The notes beneath the pieces are model-generated. The model was not told the origin of the DNA, did not search any database, and worked only from the letters and a program-made list of their open reading frames with translations. DNA of 64,000 nucleotides, from contig JAXLRK010000001.1 of assembly GCA_046331155.1 (NCBI GenBank), positions 43,012-107,011 on the forward strand, read 5' to 3'. The position numbers and the translations under genes were made by a program. Source of the DNA: Acidimicrobiia bacterium (GTDB lineage Bacteria; Actinomycetota; Acidimicrobiia; IMCC26256; CAWATG01). Numbering within the stretch: the stretch's first letter is position 1; the number at the start of each line of letters is the position of its first letter. Positions 1 through 9,852 of the stretch are shown here, one piece after another.

Positions 1-873
1 ATCGTGCGGGCCTACCTCGACTCGCACCAGTCCACCGGCCTCAACGGACAGCAGAACCTGAACTGGTTCCGGCGCGCCACCGACGCCATGACGCAGCGCG
101 ACCCCGACCAGGTGATCTTCACGATCGGCACGAACGACTGGACGAAGGTCGCGTCGACCCCGAAGGACGAGACCGGTCGGCCCGCATGGGAGGCGACGTT
201 CCGCGACCAGGTGGCGCGGATGATGGACATCCTCGTGGGCGGCTCGCGCCACCGTCGGGTCTACTGGGTGGGGGCGCCGCCGATGCGCGACCAGACGATG
301 AACCGGGCGATCCTCCAACTGAACGCGATCGCCGCCGCCGAAGCGACCAGGCACGACGGCGTCACGTACGTCGACGCGTACAAGCTCTTCGCCGACTCGT
401 CTGGTCGATATGCCGCATCGCTCCCCGACCCCACGACCGGCAAGCGGCTGCTGCTCCGTGGCGGCGACGGCGTGCACTTCACCGGCGACGGCGGGGACTG
501 GCTCGCCGACGAGCTCATGCGGCACCTCGAGAAGGACTGGCAACTCGCGGCGCAGGCGGTGCCGGGGCACCCGATCCCCCTGACGCAGAGCAAGGACGCC
601 ACATCTCAACCGGGCCGGTTCATCCAGAGCACCCGCTCGTCGAGGACGACCACGTCCTCGGGGGCGAGGACGCCGGTCGGGGCGGCGGCAACCACGAGCT
701 CCACCGCGGGTTCCACGACGAGCGGCGCGGCGAACACCGGCGAAGGCACCACGTCGACCGCGTCGGCGGCGGGGTCGACGACGTCCGCGTCCGTCACCAC
801 TGCGCCGCCGACTACCAGCGCGCCCCCCACCACCGTCGCGCCGCCGACCACCGTGTCGGCACCCGGGCCCTGA
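1..873 (+). CDS. SGNH/GDSL-family hydrolase (DUF459-like), 5' end cut by window edge, with Ser/Thr/Pro-rich C-terminal tail
   Basis: ORF 4..873 is in frame with position 1. It has the blocks 'VIFTIGTNDW' and 'GGDGVHFT' typical of SGNH hydrolases. The last ~90 aa are low-complexity T/S/A/P. Confidence 0.6.
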   Translation: MVRAYLDSHQSTGLNGQQNLNWFRRATDAMTQRDPDQVIFTIGTNDWTKVASTPKDETGRPAWEATFRDQVARMMDILVGGSRHRRVYWVGAPPMRDQTMNRAILQLNAIAAAEATRHDGVTYVDAYKLFADSSGRYAASLPDPTTGKRLLLRGGDGVHFTGDGGDWLADELMRHLEKDWQLAAQAVPGHPIPLTQSKDATSQPGRFIQSTRSSRTTTSSGARTPVGAAATTSSTAGSTTSGAANTGEGTTSTASAAGSTTSASVTTAPPTTSAPPTTVAPPTTVSAPGP

Positions 874-887
874 GCCCACCCCCACCA

Positions 888-935
888 TTCTTTCGATGAT
901 TTCCCCGAATTGTTGGGGGATTCCATCGAAAGAAC
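888..935. repeat. 48-bp low-GC palindromic/hairpin element, copy 1 of 3
   Basis: Sequence ttctttcgatgatttccccgaattgttgggggattccatcgaaagaa. The right half ttgggggattccatcgaaagaacg (913..936) is identical at 24257..24280 and 62773..62796. Intergenic. Confidence 0.85.
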
Positions 936-982
936 GATGGCCCGGGTGGCCCGTCGCCGAAGGGCGGCCGTAGCCTCTCGAC

Positions 983-2608
983 ATGACCGAACAGCTCTCC
1001 GCTGCTGCGGCTGCGGTCGATGCGGCGTCGCAGGTGGTCGCGGCGGCCGGCCGGCATCTCGCGGCCGCGTCGAGTGCCGACGGCACCATCTCGGTGGCCA
1101 AGCTCGACGAGCACCAAGCGCTCGCGTACGACCTGGCTCACACCACCAGCGCGATCGAGGGCAGCAAGGTGATGCTCGAGTACGCGGCGCTCGGCGAGCT
1201 CGAATCGATGCTCGCGCGCGCCTTCATCGCCGACGCCGTGTGGGATCTCGGGTCCAAGCTCTTCGGTCGCGAGGCGGTGTGGGGCGTCGACGGCGACGAG
1301 CTCGCGGCCGTGCTGCCGTTCGTGGAGACGCACCGGGCACCGGCGTTCCTGGAGGCGCTCGCGGCGCGCGTGGCGAAGGAGGGAACGGGCCCGGCGCACC
1401 TTTCCGAGGACTTCGATCTCGTGCGCGAAACGTTCCGGCGCTTCGCGGAGAACGAGATCCGTCCGGTCGCGGAACACGTGCACCGCACGAACGGGGACAT
1501 CCCCGAATCCGTGATCACGGGGCTCGCCGAGATCGGAGGCTTCGGGCTGTCGGTCCCCGAGGAGTACGGCGGCTTCGCGGCCGGTGGCGAGCACGACTAC
1601 CTCGGCATGGTCGTCGCGACCGAGGAGCTCTCGTGGGGTTCGCTCGGCGTCGGTGGCTCGCTCATCACCCGACCCGAGATCCTCACGCGCGCGCTCGTGC
1701 GGGGCGGCACCGAGGAACAGAAGCAGCGCTTCCTCCCACGCATCGCGTCAGGCGAGGTGATGTGCGGGATCATGGCCACCGAACCGGACTACGGCTCCGA
1801 CGTCGCGGGCGTGAAGGTCACCGCGACGCCGACGGAGGGCGGGTACGTCGTCAACGGCGTGAAGACCTGGTGCACCTTCGCGGGCCGGGCCAACCTGCTG
1901 ATGCTGCTGGCGCGGACGAACCCCGACCGTTCGGCCGGGCACCGGGGACTGTCGGTGTTCGTGGTCGAGAAGGAGTCCACGCCCGGGCACTCGTTCGCGT
2001 ACAGCCAGGACCGCGGCGGGAAGATGGAGGGCCGCGCGATCGACACCATCGGCTACCGGGGCATGCACTCCTTCGAGGTCGCGTTCGAGGACTGGTTCGT
2101 GCCGTCGGAGAACCTGATCGGGGAGGAAGGCGGCCTGGGCAAGGGCTTCTACCTCCAGATGGAGGGCTTCGAGAACGGCCGCCTCCAGACGGCCGCGCGC
2201 GCCACCGGCCTCATGGAGGCCGCGTTCGAGGCCGGGCTCGCCTACGCCCAGGACCGGGTGGTGTTCGGCCGCCCCGTGTTCGAGTACCAGCTCTCGAAGC
2301 TGAAGCTGGCGCGTATGGCCGCGCTGATCCAGGCCGGCCGGCAGTTCTCGTACCACGTGGCGCGCCTCATGGCCCGGGGCGAGGGCGCGCTCGAGGCGTC
2401 CATGGTCAAGGCGTACGTGTGCCGGGCCGCCGAGTGGGTGACCCGCGAAGCCCTCCAGCTCCACGGTGGGATGGGCTACGCGGAGGAGTTCCCGGTCAGC
2501 CGGTTCTTCGTCGACGCCCGGGTCCTGTCGATCTTCGAGGGAGCCGACGAGACCCTCTGCCTGCGCGTGATCGCCCGCCGGCTCGCCGAGCAGGCCCTCG
2601 CCGGCTGA
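983..2608 (+). CDS. acyl-CoA dehydrogenase family protein (long form with N-terminal helical extension)
   Basis: 541-aa ORF with ACAD-like blocks 'GIMATEPDYGSDVAG', 'NGVKTWCTFAG' and 'LQLHGGMGYAEEFPVSRFFVDARVLSIFEGADE'. Confidence 0.85.
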   Translation: MTEQLSAAAAAVDAASQVVAAAGRHLAAASSADGTISVAKLDEHQALAYDLAHTTSAIEGSKVMLEYAALGELESMLARAFIADAVWDLGSKLFGREAVWGVDGDELAAVLPFVETHRAPAFLEALAARVAKEGTGPAHLSEDFDLVRETFRRFAENEIRPVAEHVHRTNGDIPESVITGLAEIGGFGLSVPEEYGGFAAGGEHDYLGMVVATEELSWGSLGVGGSLITRPEILTRALVRGGTEEQKQRFLPRIASGEVMCGIMATEPDYGSDVAGVKVTATPTEGGYVVNGVKTWCTFAGRANLLMLLARTNPDRSAGHRGLSVFVVEKESTPGHSFAYSQDRGGKMEGRAIDTIGYRGMHSFEVAFEDWFVPSENLIGEEGGLGKGFYLQMEGFENGRLQTAARATGLMEAAFEAGLAYAQDRVVFGRPVFEYQLSKLKLARMAALIQAGRQFSYHVARLMARGEGALEASMVKAYVCRAAEWVTREALQLHGGMGYAEEFPVSRFFVDARVLSIFEGADETLCLRVIARRLAEQALAG

Positions 2609-2744
2609 GCCGGACCGCGACCAACCGGACCGGGTTCGCCCCCGGGGGATCGGCCACGCGCCCGGACGACCTGGTCAGAGCCTGTCCCGACCGCGGGTAA
2701 ACTAACCCTTTGTCGGTTTTGTCAGCCGTGACACGGAGGTCCGG

Positions 2745-4400
2745 ATGGGGTTCGTCCTGCGGCGCTCACTGCCCTCGCTCACCGGACTCGTCGGGCTGCT
2801 CCTCGCCGTCGGCGTGGCCGCGGTCGTGTTCGCCGGCGCCCCCGTGTGGTTCCCGGCCGCGTTCGCGATCGCGATGCTGCTGGTCCAGTACGTCGTGAAC
2901 CCGTGGATCGTCGAGTGGCTGGTGCCGGCACACGTCATCGAGCACGACGGCGAGCGCTACCTCACGGACCACGTGGTTGGCGAGATCGTGGCCCGGCGCT
3001 GCCGGGAAGCCGGGATCCCGCTCGTACGCCTCGGAATCGTCGACGACGGCACGCCCAACGCGTTCACGTTCGGGCGCCGGCGAGGCGACGCGCGCATCTG
3101 GCTCACCCGCGGGCTGTTCGAGCGCCTCGACGAGGCCGAGCTCGACGCGGTGGTGACCCACGAGATCGGCCACATCAAGCACCTCGACTTCGTCGTGATG
3201 ACCGTCGCGGCCGTGATCCCGATGGTGCTCTACCTGACGTACATCCTGATGCGCGGCCAGCGCGGGCAGGCGCAGGCCGTCGCGCTCGGCGCGTTCGTCG
3301 CGTACCTCGTGTCGTCGTTCACGATCCTCGCGTTGAGCCGCGCCCGGGAGCTCGCGGCCGACCACTGGTCGTGCCGCTGCACGGGCAACGGGGACGCGCT
3401 CGCCTCCGCGCTCGTCAAGATCGCCTACGGCATGGGTAAGGCCGACGCCGAGCTCCGGAACGAGGCGGCCGCGCTCCGCGCCCAGGGCGCCAAGGGCAAG
3501 GTCAAGGCCGCCAAGGTGGAACGCCACGCCCGCCGCGCCCAGTCGATGCGCGCCATGGGGATCTTCGAGCCACGAACCGCCGACGCGATGGCCACCGCGT
3601 TCGCGCACGGCATCGACCCGAACCGCGCGCTGGCCGCGATGCGCTGGGACAGCGCGAATCCGTGGGCCCGGCTGCTCGAGAAGCTCTCGACCCATCCGCT
3701 CGTGGCGCACCGGATCCAGGAGCTCGACGAGTCCGGGCTGCCCGGCCGGCCGACGACCTGGAGCGTCCTGCGCTCGGAGGCCGCCGCCGTCTCGCGTCCC
3801 GAGCGGGCGGCGCTGCGGGTGCGGTTCACGCGGGAGCTCGCCGTCTCGGTGGCGCCCTGGATCATCCTGCTCTCGATGCTGTTCGCGGGAGCGTTCACGT
3901 CGAGCCTGCCGGTCACGGGCACGGCGCTGCTGGCTGCCGGCGCGTTGCTGCTGTGGAAGCAGTCGATCCGCTACCCGGACCGCTTCGAGCCGGTGGAGAG
4001 CGTCACCGGGCTGCTCGACCGGCTCGACGCCGGCCCCGTGGCGGGGATCCCCGTGCTGCTGCACGGCCGGGTGATGGGACGCGGCATGCCGGGCTACGTG
4101 CTGTCGCCCGACCTGGTCGTGGAGGACGCCGGCGGGTTCGTGCCCGTGCTGTACCGGCAGCCGATCCCGTTCGCCGGCCAGCTCTTCGGGCTCCTACGCG
4201 CCCGGGCCTTCCTCGGCCAGGAGGTGAGCGTGCAGGGCTGGTACCGGCGCGGCCCACAGCCCTCGGTCGAGCTCAAGTGCGTGTACGCAGCGGACGGACG
4301 CCGGGCCCGCGCCGGCATGTGGATCGCGCACTGGCTCGGCTCCGCGCTCGTGCTCGCGGCCGGAGGTGCCGTGCTCATGCTCGGCCTCGGGCAGGGGTGA
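2745..4400 (+). CDS. M48-family (HtpX-like) zinc metalloprotease, membrane protein with long C-terminal extension
   Basis: HExxH in 'VVTHEIGHIKHLD'. Hydrophobic segments at the N-terminus, mid-protein and C-terminus. ggagg lies upstream of the ATG at 2745. Confidence 0.8.
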   Translation: MGFVLRRSLPSLTGLVGLLLAVGVAAVVFAGAPVWFPAAFAIAMLLVQYVVNPWIVEWLVPAHVIEHDGERYLTDHVVGEIVARRCREAGIPLVRLGIVDDGTPNAFTFGRRRGDARIWLTRGLFERLDEAELDAVVTHEIGHIKHLDFVVMTVAAVIPMVLYLTYILMRGQRGQAQAVALGAFVAYLVSSFTILALSRARELAADHWSCRCTGNGDALASALVKIAYGMGKADAELRNEAAALRAQGAKGKVKAAKVERHARRAQSMRAMGIFEPRTADAMATAFAHGIDPNRALAAMRWDSANPWARLLEKLSTHPLVAHRIQELDESGLPGRPTTWSVLRSEAAAVSRPERAALRVRFTRELAVSVAPWIILLSMLFAGAFTSSLPVTGTALLAAGALLLWKQSIRYPDRFEPVESVTGLLDRLDAGPVAGIPVLLHGRVMGRGMPGYVLSPDLVVEDAGGFVPVLYRQPIPFAGQLFGLLRARAFLGQEVSVQGWYRRGPQPSVELKCVYAADGRRARAGMWIAHWLGSALVLAAGGAVLMLGLGQG

Positions 4401-4472
4401 TCGCCGGCGCCCCGCGCCACTCGGTGACCTTCTCCCCTCGTACCGGGCATCCCGGCAGGCAAGACTGTCGGC

Positions 4473-5639
4473 GTGACCGCCAGCCGCGCCTCCGCGTCCG
4501 GATCGACGCGGACGTTCGACATCGCCGCGCTCGACGCGCTGTTCGACGCCCTCCGCGCCAAGGGCCTCCGGATCATCGGGCCCACCGTCCGCGACGGCGC
4601 CGTCGTCTACGACGACGTCTCCTCCGTCGCGGACCTGCCCCGCGGGTGGGGTGACGAGCAGGACGGCGGGCGGTACCGGCTCCACCGCCGCGACGACGAC
4701 GCGCTGTTCGGCTATGCGGTCGGTCCGACGTCGTGGAAGCGGTTCCTCTTCCCTCCCCGCTCCCGGCTCTTCCAGGCCGACCGCACGGACGACGGGTTCG
4801 TCGTGGCCGAGGAACAGCCCGAGCAGCCACGGTTCGCGTTCCTCGGCGTGCGCGCGTGCGAGCTGGACGCGATCGCGATCCAGGACCGCGTGTTCCTCGG
4901 TGACGCGCACATGGACGCCATCTACGCGGCCCGCCGCGCCGACGCGCTCTTCATCGCGGTGCACTGCGCCGACCCGTCCGGGACCTGCTTCTGCGTCTCG
5001 ATGGGTACCGGACCGCGGGCGACGAGTGGGTTCGACCTCGCCCTGACCGAGCTCGTCGACGACGACCGCCACGACTTCGTGGTCGAGGCCGGCAGCGAAC
5101 GCGGTGCCGACCTCCTCGCGACCTTGTCTCACCGTGAGGCGACCGCATCCGAGCTGGCGGCATCGGAGTGGGTCACGACACGGGCGGCGGCGGCAATGGG
5201 TCGGGAGATGGACAGCGACGGGATCGTCGGGCTGCTCGAGCGGAACCTCGAACACCCGCGCTGGGACGACGTGGCGGCCCGCTGCCTCGCGTGCGCCAAC
5301 TGCACGCTCGCCTGCCCGACGTGCTTCTGCCACGACGTCGAGGACGTGACCGACCTGACGGGCGATCACGCCGAACGGTGGCGGCGCTGGGACTCCTGCT
5401 TCACGCTGGACCACTCGTACCTGCACGGCGGGAGCGTGCGCAGCTCGACCAAGGCGCGGTACCGGCAGTGGCTCACGCACAAGCTCGGCACCTGGTACGA
5501 GCAGTTCGGCAGCTCGGGCTGCGTCGGGTGCGGCCGCTGCATCACGTGGTGCCCCGTCGGCATCGACCTCACCGAGGAGGTACGGGCGATCCGCTCCCGC
5601 GACGGGGCGGTGACGCGCCGCGAGGAGGCCCCGACATGA
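4473..5639 (+). CDS. hyhB: [NiFe]-hydrogenase group-3b-type beta subunit (4Fe-4S dicluster protein, AsrA/HydB-like)
   Basis: GTG start. Cys clusters 'CLACANCTLACPTCFCHD' and 'CVGCGRCITWCPVG'. It is the first gene of the hydrogenase operon. Confidence 0.7.
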   Translation: MTASRASASGSTRTFDIAALDALFDALRAKGLRIIGPTVRDGAVVYDDVSSVADLPRGWGDEQDGGRYRLHRRDDDALFGYAVGPTSWKRFLFPPRSRLFQADRTDDGFVVAEEQPEQPRFAFLGVRACELDAIAIQDRVFLGDAHMDAIYAARRADALFIAVHCADPSGTCFCVSMGTGPRATSGFDLALTELVDDDRHDFVVEAGSERGADLLATLSHREATASELAASEWVTTRAAAAMGREMDSDGIVGLLERNLEHPRWDDVAARCLACANCTLACPTCFCHDVEDVTDLTGDHAERWRRWDSCFTLDHSYLHGGSVRSSTKARYRQWLTHKLGTWYEQFGSSGCVGCGRCITWCPVGIDLTEEVRAIRSRDGAVTRREEAPT

Positions 5640-6100
5640 CCTTGAAGGCGATCGAGCAGCTCCTCGCCGAGCACGAGTTCTTCGCCGGCCTCGAGCAGGG
5701 GTACCTCGAGCTCCTGTCGGGGTGCGGCCGCAACGTGCACTTCGCCGCGGAGGAACGCATCGTCAGGGAAGGGGACACCGCCGACAGCTTCTTCGTGATC
5801 CGCAAGGGTCTCGTGGCCCTCGAGATCGTGGCCCCCGAGCGCGGCCCCGTCGTGCTCGAGACGCTCGGCGACGGCGAGGTCCTCGGGTGGTCGTGGCTGT
5901 TCCCGCCGTACCGCTGGCTGTTCGACGCCCAGGCGCTCGAATCCACGTCCGCGGTGCAGCTCGACGGCACCTGCCTCCGCCAGAAGTGCGACGAGGATCC
6001 TCGCCTCGGCTACGACCTCATGGGTCGCTTCGCCGGCGTCATGCAGGAGCGGCTCAACGCCGCGCGCCTCCGCCTCATGGACCTGTACGGGCATGAGTGA
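5636..6100 (+). CDS. cyclic-nucleotide-binding-domain protein embedded in hydrogenase operon
   Basis: ATGA overlap with the hyhB stop. It has a CRP/cNMP-like beta-roll ('FFVIRKGLVALEI', 'LGDGEVLGWSWLF'). The protein is 154 aa with no DNA-binding HTH. Confidence 0.7.
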   Translation: MTLKAIEQLLAEHEFFAGLEQGYLELLSGCGRNVHFAAEERIVREGDTADSFFVIRKGLVALEIVAPERGPVVLETLGDGEVLGWSWLFPPYRWLFDAQALESTSAVQLDGTCLRQKCDEDPRLGYDLMGRFAGVMQERLNAARLRLMDLYGHE

Positions 6101-6178
6101 GCGTTGGGAGGCGGGTATCCCGCCGAGCAGCGAGCGTGGCCCAGCGGCCCGGTGCCGCAGGCGCCAGGAGCGGCAAGC

Positions 6179-7021
6179 ATGAACGCACGCGCTGAGCTCC
6201 TGCCGCCCGAGCCCATGGTGCCGGTGCCGTACCGCGTCGTGTCGCACGCGCAGGACACGCACGACACCGCAACGGTCGCGCTGGAACCCGTCGACGCTGC
6301 CCTCGGTCCGTGGGCGCCTGGTCAGTTCAACATGCTGTGGGCCTTCGGCGTGGGCGAGGTCCCGATCTCGATCAGCGGCGGAGAGGGCAGCGGGATCCTG
6401 CACACGGTCCGCGCGGTCGGGGCGGTCACGGCCGCGCTCTGCGACCGCCGCCCGGGCGACGTCGTCGGGGTGCGGGGGCCGTTCGGCACGGACTGGGGGG
6501 TCGACGCGGCGGCCGGCCACGACGTGATGGTGATCGCGGGCGGCATCGGACTCGCGCCGTTGCGCCCCGCGATCCGTCAGCTCGTGGCGCAGCGGGAGCG
6601 GTTCGGCGCCGTGGCCGTGCTCGTCGGCGCCCGGACCCCCGACGAGCTGCTGTTCCGCACCGAGCTGGAGGGCTGGCGCGCCCGCTTCGACACCGACGTC
6701 GCCGTCACCGTGGACCGGGCCACGGGCGGGTGGCGGGGCCGCGTCGGCGTCGTCACCAAGCTCGTCCCCCGGGCCGCGTTCGAACCGTCGAACACGGTCG
6801 CCCTGATCTGCGGGCCCGAGGTGATGATGCGCTTCGCCGCGCAGGCGCTGCTCGACCGGGGTGTCGCACCCGGCGACATCCGCATCTCGATGGAGCGCAA
6901 CATGCAGTGCGCGGTCGGGCACTGCGGTCACTGCCAGCTCATGGGCGAGTTCGTCTGCCAGGACGGGCCCGTCTTCTCCTACGACCGCGTGGCCCCCTGG
7001 CTGCGCGTGCGGGAGCTCTGA
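6179..7021 (+). CDS. hyhG: hydrogenase gamma subunit, FAD/NAD(P)-binding oxidoreductase with C-terminal 2Fe-2S motif (AsrB/HydG-like)
   Basis: Has '[15 protein letters not shown]' and the C-terminal motif '[23 protein letters not shown]'. The ATG at 6179 is preceded by aggag. A TTG at 6104 is an alternative start. Confidence 0.75.
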   Translation: MNARAELLPPEPMVPVPYRVVSHAQDTHDTATVALEPVDAALGPWAPGQFNMLWAFGVGEVPISISGGEGSGILHTVRAVGAVTAALCDRRPGDVVGVRGPFGTDWGVDAAAGHDVMVIAGGIGLAPLRPAIRQLVAQRERFGAVAVLVGARTPDELLFRTELEGWRARFDTDVAVTVDRATGGWRGRVGVVTKLVPRAAFEPSNTVALICGPEVMMRFAAQALLDRGVAPGDIRISMERNMQCAVGHCGHCQLMGEFVCQDGPVFSYDRVAPWLRVREL

Positions 7022-7026
7022 TCGCG

Positions 7027-7818
7027 ATGGCGACGGCTCCACGACCGAAGCTCGCCGTGTGGAAGTTCGCCTCGTGCGACGGGTGCCAGCTCACGCTGCT
7101 CGACTGCGAGGACGAGCTGTTGGCCGTGGCCGAACGGGTCGAGCTCGCCTACTTCCTCGAAGCCTCGCGTGCCGTCGTCACCGGTCCCTACGACCTCTCA
7201 CTCGTCGAAGGCTCCATCACCACCGCCCACGACCTCGAACGCATCCGTGAGGTCCGGCGCGTCTCCCGCCGGCTCGTGACCATCGGGGCCTGCGCGACCG
7301 CCGGCGGGATCCAGGGACTGCGCAACTTCGCGGACGTCGCCGAGTACACGGGCGTGGTGTACGCGCATCCCGAGTACATCTCCACGCTGGAACGCTCCAC
7401 ACCGATCTCCGCGCACGTGCCGGTCGACTTCGAGCTGCGCGGCTGCCCCATCGACAAACGGCAGCTGCTCGAAGTCGTGGGCGCGTTCCTCCAGGGCCGG
7501 CCGGCGGAGGTGCCCGCGCACAGCGTGTGCATCGAGTGCAAGCTGCGCGGCAACGTGTGCGTCATGGTGGCCCGCGGCGCTCCGTGCCTGGGCCCGGTCA
7601 CGCACGCCGGGTGCGGGGCGCTGTGCCCCGGCTACCAGCGAGGCTGCTACGGGTGCTTCGGGCCGATGGAGACACCGAACCCGGTCGGGCTCGAGATCGG
7701 CCTGCGCCGCGCCGGAATGGGCGACGACGACCTCGTGCGCGTGTACCGGACGTTCAACGCCAACGCCGATGCGTTCCGCCAGGAGAGCGAGCGGCACGAG
7801 CAGGGAGCCAAGCGATGA
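7027..7818 (+). CDS. hyhS: [NiFe]-hydrogenase small (delta) subunit, group-3 type
   Basis: Has '[16 protein letters not shown]', '[11 protein letters not shown]' and distal Cys clusters '[12 protein letters not shown]'. Starts 6 nt after the hyhG stop. Confidence 0.85.
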   Translation: MATAPRPKLAVWKFASCDGCQLTLLDCEDELLAVAERVELAYFLEASRAVVTGPYDLSLVEGSITTAHDLERIREVRRVSRRLVTIGACATAGGIQGLRNFADVAEYTGVVYAHPEYISTLERSTPISAHVPVDFELRGCPIDKRQLLEVVGAFLQGRPAEVPAHSVCIECKLRGNVCVMVARGAPCLGPVTHAGCGALCPGYQRGCYGCFGPMETPNPVGLEIGLRRAGMGDDDLVRVYRTFNANADAFRQESERHEQGAKR

Positions 7819-9119
7819 CCCACCGCAGCGTGGCCAGCCGGACCCTGCGCGTGGACCAGCTCGCCCGGGTCGAGGGCGAGGGAGCGATGTACGTCCACCT
7901 GACCGACGGCGCCGTCGACGACGTCCAGCTCGCGATCTTCGAACCGCCGCGCTTCTTCGAGGGGTTCCTGCGCGGCCGCCGGTACACCGAGCCGCCCGAC
8001 ATCACCGCCCGCATCTGCGGGATCTGCCCGGTCGCCTACCAGATGAGCGCGTGCAACGCGATCGAGGACGCATGCGGCGTGACCGTCGACGGCCCGCTCG
8101 ACGAGCTCCGACGGTTGCTCTACTGCGGCGAGTGGATCGAGAGTCACACCCTGCACGTGTACATGCTCCACGCGCCCGACTTCCTCGGGTACGAGAGCGC
8201 CGTGCACCTGGCGGCCGACCACCGCTCGATCGTGGAACGGGGCCTGGCGCTCAAGAAGGTGGGCAACGAGGTGCTCGACCTGATCGGCGGGCGGGCGGTC
8301 CACCCGATCAACGTCCGCCTCGGGGGCTTCTACCGGGTGCCCACCAAACGGGAGCTCGCGCCGCTCGCCGAGCGCCTGCGATGGGCACGCGACGCCGCGA
8401 TCGAGACCGTGCGCTGGGTCTCGACGTTCGACTTTCCCGAGTTCGAACAGGACTACGAGTTCGTCGCGTTGCGCCAACCCGGCGAGTACCCCATCAACCG
8501 GGGGCGGCTCGTGTCGAACCTCGGCCTCGACATCGCAGCCCGCGAGTTCGACGACCACATCGAGGAGGAGCACGTCGAGCACTCGAACGCGCTCCACGCC
8601 CGGATCAAGGCGCGCGACCACTACTTCGTCGGCCCGATGGCGAGGTACACCTTGTGCCGCGACGAGCTGAGCCCGCTCGCACGCGACCTCGCAGGCGAGG
8701 TCGGGCTCGAGCCCGAGGTTCGCAACCCGTTCCGGAGCATCGTCGTGCGCGCGCTCGAAGTCGTGTACGCAACCGACGAATCGCTGCGCATCATCGACGA
8801 CTACGAGATGCCCGACGCACCCGCGATCGAGGTACCGGCACGAGCGGGCACCGGGTACGGCATCACCGAGGCGCCCCGCGGCATCCTCTACCACCGCTAC
8901 ACCCTCGACGCCGAGGGCACGATCCTCGACGCGAGCATCGTCCCGCCGACCTCGCAGAACCAGCCGACCATCGAGCACGACCTCTGGCACTTCGTGGAGC
9001 CTCGGGTCGACCTCGACGACGCCGAGCTCACCCGCCAGTGCGAGCAGGCCATCCGCAACTACGACCCCTGCATCTCGTGCGCCACCCACTTCCTCGACCT
9101 GCGGGTGGAGCGCGCGTGA
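7815..9119 (+). CDS. hyhL: [NiFe]-hydrogenase large (alpha) subunit
   Basis: N-terminal Ni-binding motif '[11 protein letters not shown]' and C-terminal 'DPCISCATH', followed by a short cleavable tail. ATGA overlap with hyhS. Confidence 0.9.
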   Translation: MTHRSVASRTLRVDQLARVEGEGAMYVHLTDGAVDDVQLAIFEPPRFFEGFLRGRRYTEPPDITARICGICPVAYQMSACNAIEDACGVTVDGPLDELRRLLYCGEWIESHTLHVYMLHAPDFLGYESAVHLAADHRSIVERGLALKKVGNEVLDLIGGRAVHPINVRLGGFYRVPTKRELAPLAERLRWARDAAIETVRWVSTFDFPEFEQDYEFVALRQPGEYPINRGRLVSNLGLDIAAREFDDHIEEEHVEHSNALHARIKARDHYFVGPMARYTLCRDELSPLARDLAGEVGLEPEVRNPFRSIVVRALEVVYATDESLRIIDDYEMPDAPAIEVPARAGTGYGITEAPRGILYHRYTLDAEGTILDASIVPPTSQNQPTIEHDLWHFVEPRVDLDDAELTRQCEQAIRNYDPCISCATHFLDLRVERA

Positions 9120-9592
9120 GGCCCCGGATCGTCCTCATCGGCGTGGGCAACGAGATGCGCCGCGACGACGGCGTCGGACTGGCCGTGGTCCGTGCCGTCA
9201 CCGAGGACCTCGACCGCTCGATCGAGTCGGTGATCCTCGACGGCGAGCCGACCCGGATGATCGACGCGTGGGAGTCGTTCGACGTCGCGGTCGTCGTCGA
9301 CGCGGTGCGGACCGGCGCGGCGCCGGGCACCGTGCACCGGTACGACGTCAGCGGTGGCGATCGGCTCCCGGGCCGCGTCGACCAGGCCAGCAGTCACGCG
9401 CTCGGCATCGGCGAGTCGATCGCCCTCGGCCGAGCGCTCGACCGGTTGCCGGGCCGGGTCGTCGTCGTGGGCGTCGAGGGCTCGGAGTTCGGCGACGGGC
9501 CGGGGCTCTCGGCGCCCGTTGCGGCCGCGGTGGCCGGGGCCGCCGCCGCCGTCCGGAGCGAGCTGACCGCCCTTGCGGGAGACGTGCGCTGA
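9116..9592 (+). CDS. hydrogenase maturation endopeptidase (HyaD/HoxW/FrhD family)
   Basis: The GTG start overlaps the hyhL stop (GTGA). Has '[18 protein letters not shown]' and 'VVVDAV'. Confidence 0.85.
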   Translation: MRPRIVLIGVGNEMRRDDGVGLAVVRAVTEDLDRSIESVILDGEPTRMIDAWESFDVAVVVDAVRTGAAPGTVHRYDVSGGDRLPGRVDQASSHALGIGESIALGRALDRLPGRVVVVGVEGSEFGDGPGLSAPVAAAVAGAAAAVRSELTALAGDVR

Positions 9593-9852
9593 TGTGCCTC
9601 GGCGTTCCCGGCCGGGTCGTGGAGCTGTTCGGTGAGCACGACGCGCGCGTCGACCTCGACGGCACGGTCCGCGACGTCTCGCTCGCCGTGCTCACACTCG
9701 ACGGCCGCGGCGTGGGACCGGGCGACTGGGTGATGTGCCACACGGGCTTCGCGGTCGAGGTCGTCGACCCGGCCGAAGCCGAGTCGATCGTCGCGCTGCG
9801 CCACAGCATGCGACAGGCCGCGGAGGTCACGACAACTGGGGAGGGGTCATGA
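9592..9852 (+). CDS. hypC: hydrogenase assembly chaperone HypC/HupF family
   Basis: N-terminal '[12 protein letters not shown]' is the invariant HypC start. 1-nt overlap with the protease stop (TGATG). Confidence 0.9.
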   Translation: MCLGVPGRVVELFGEHDARVDLDGTVRDVSLAVLTLDGRGVGPGDWVMCHTGFAVEVVDPAEAESIVALRHSMRQAAEVTTTGEGS

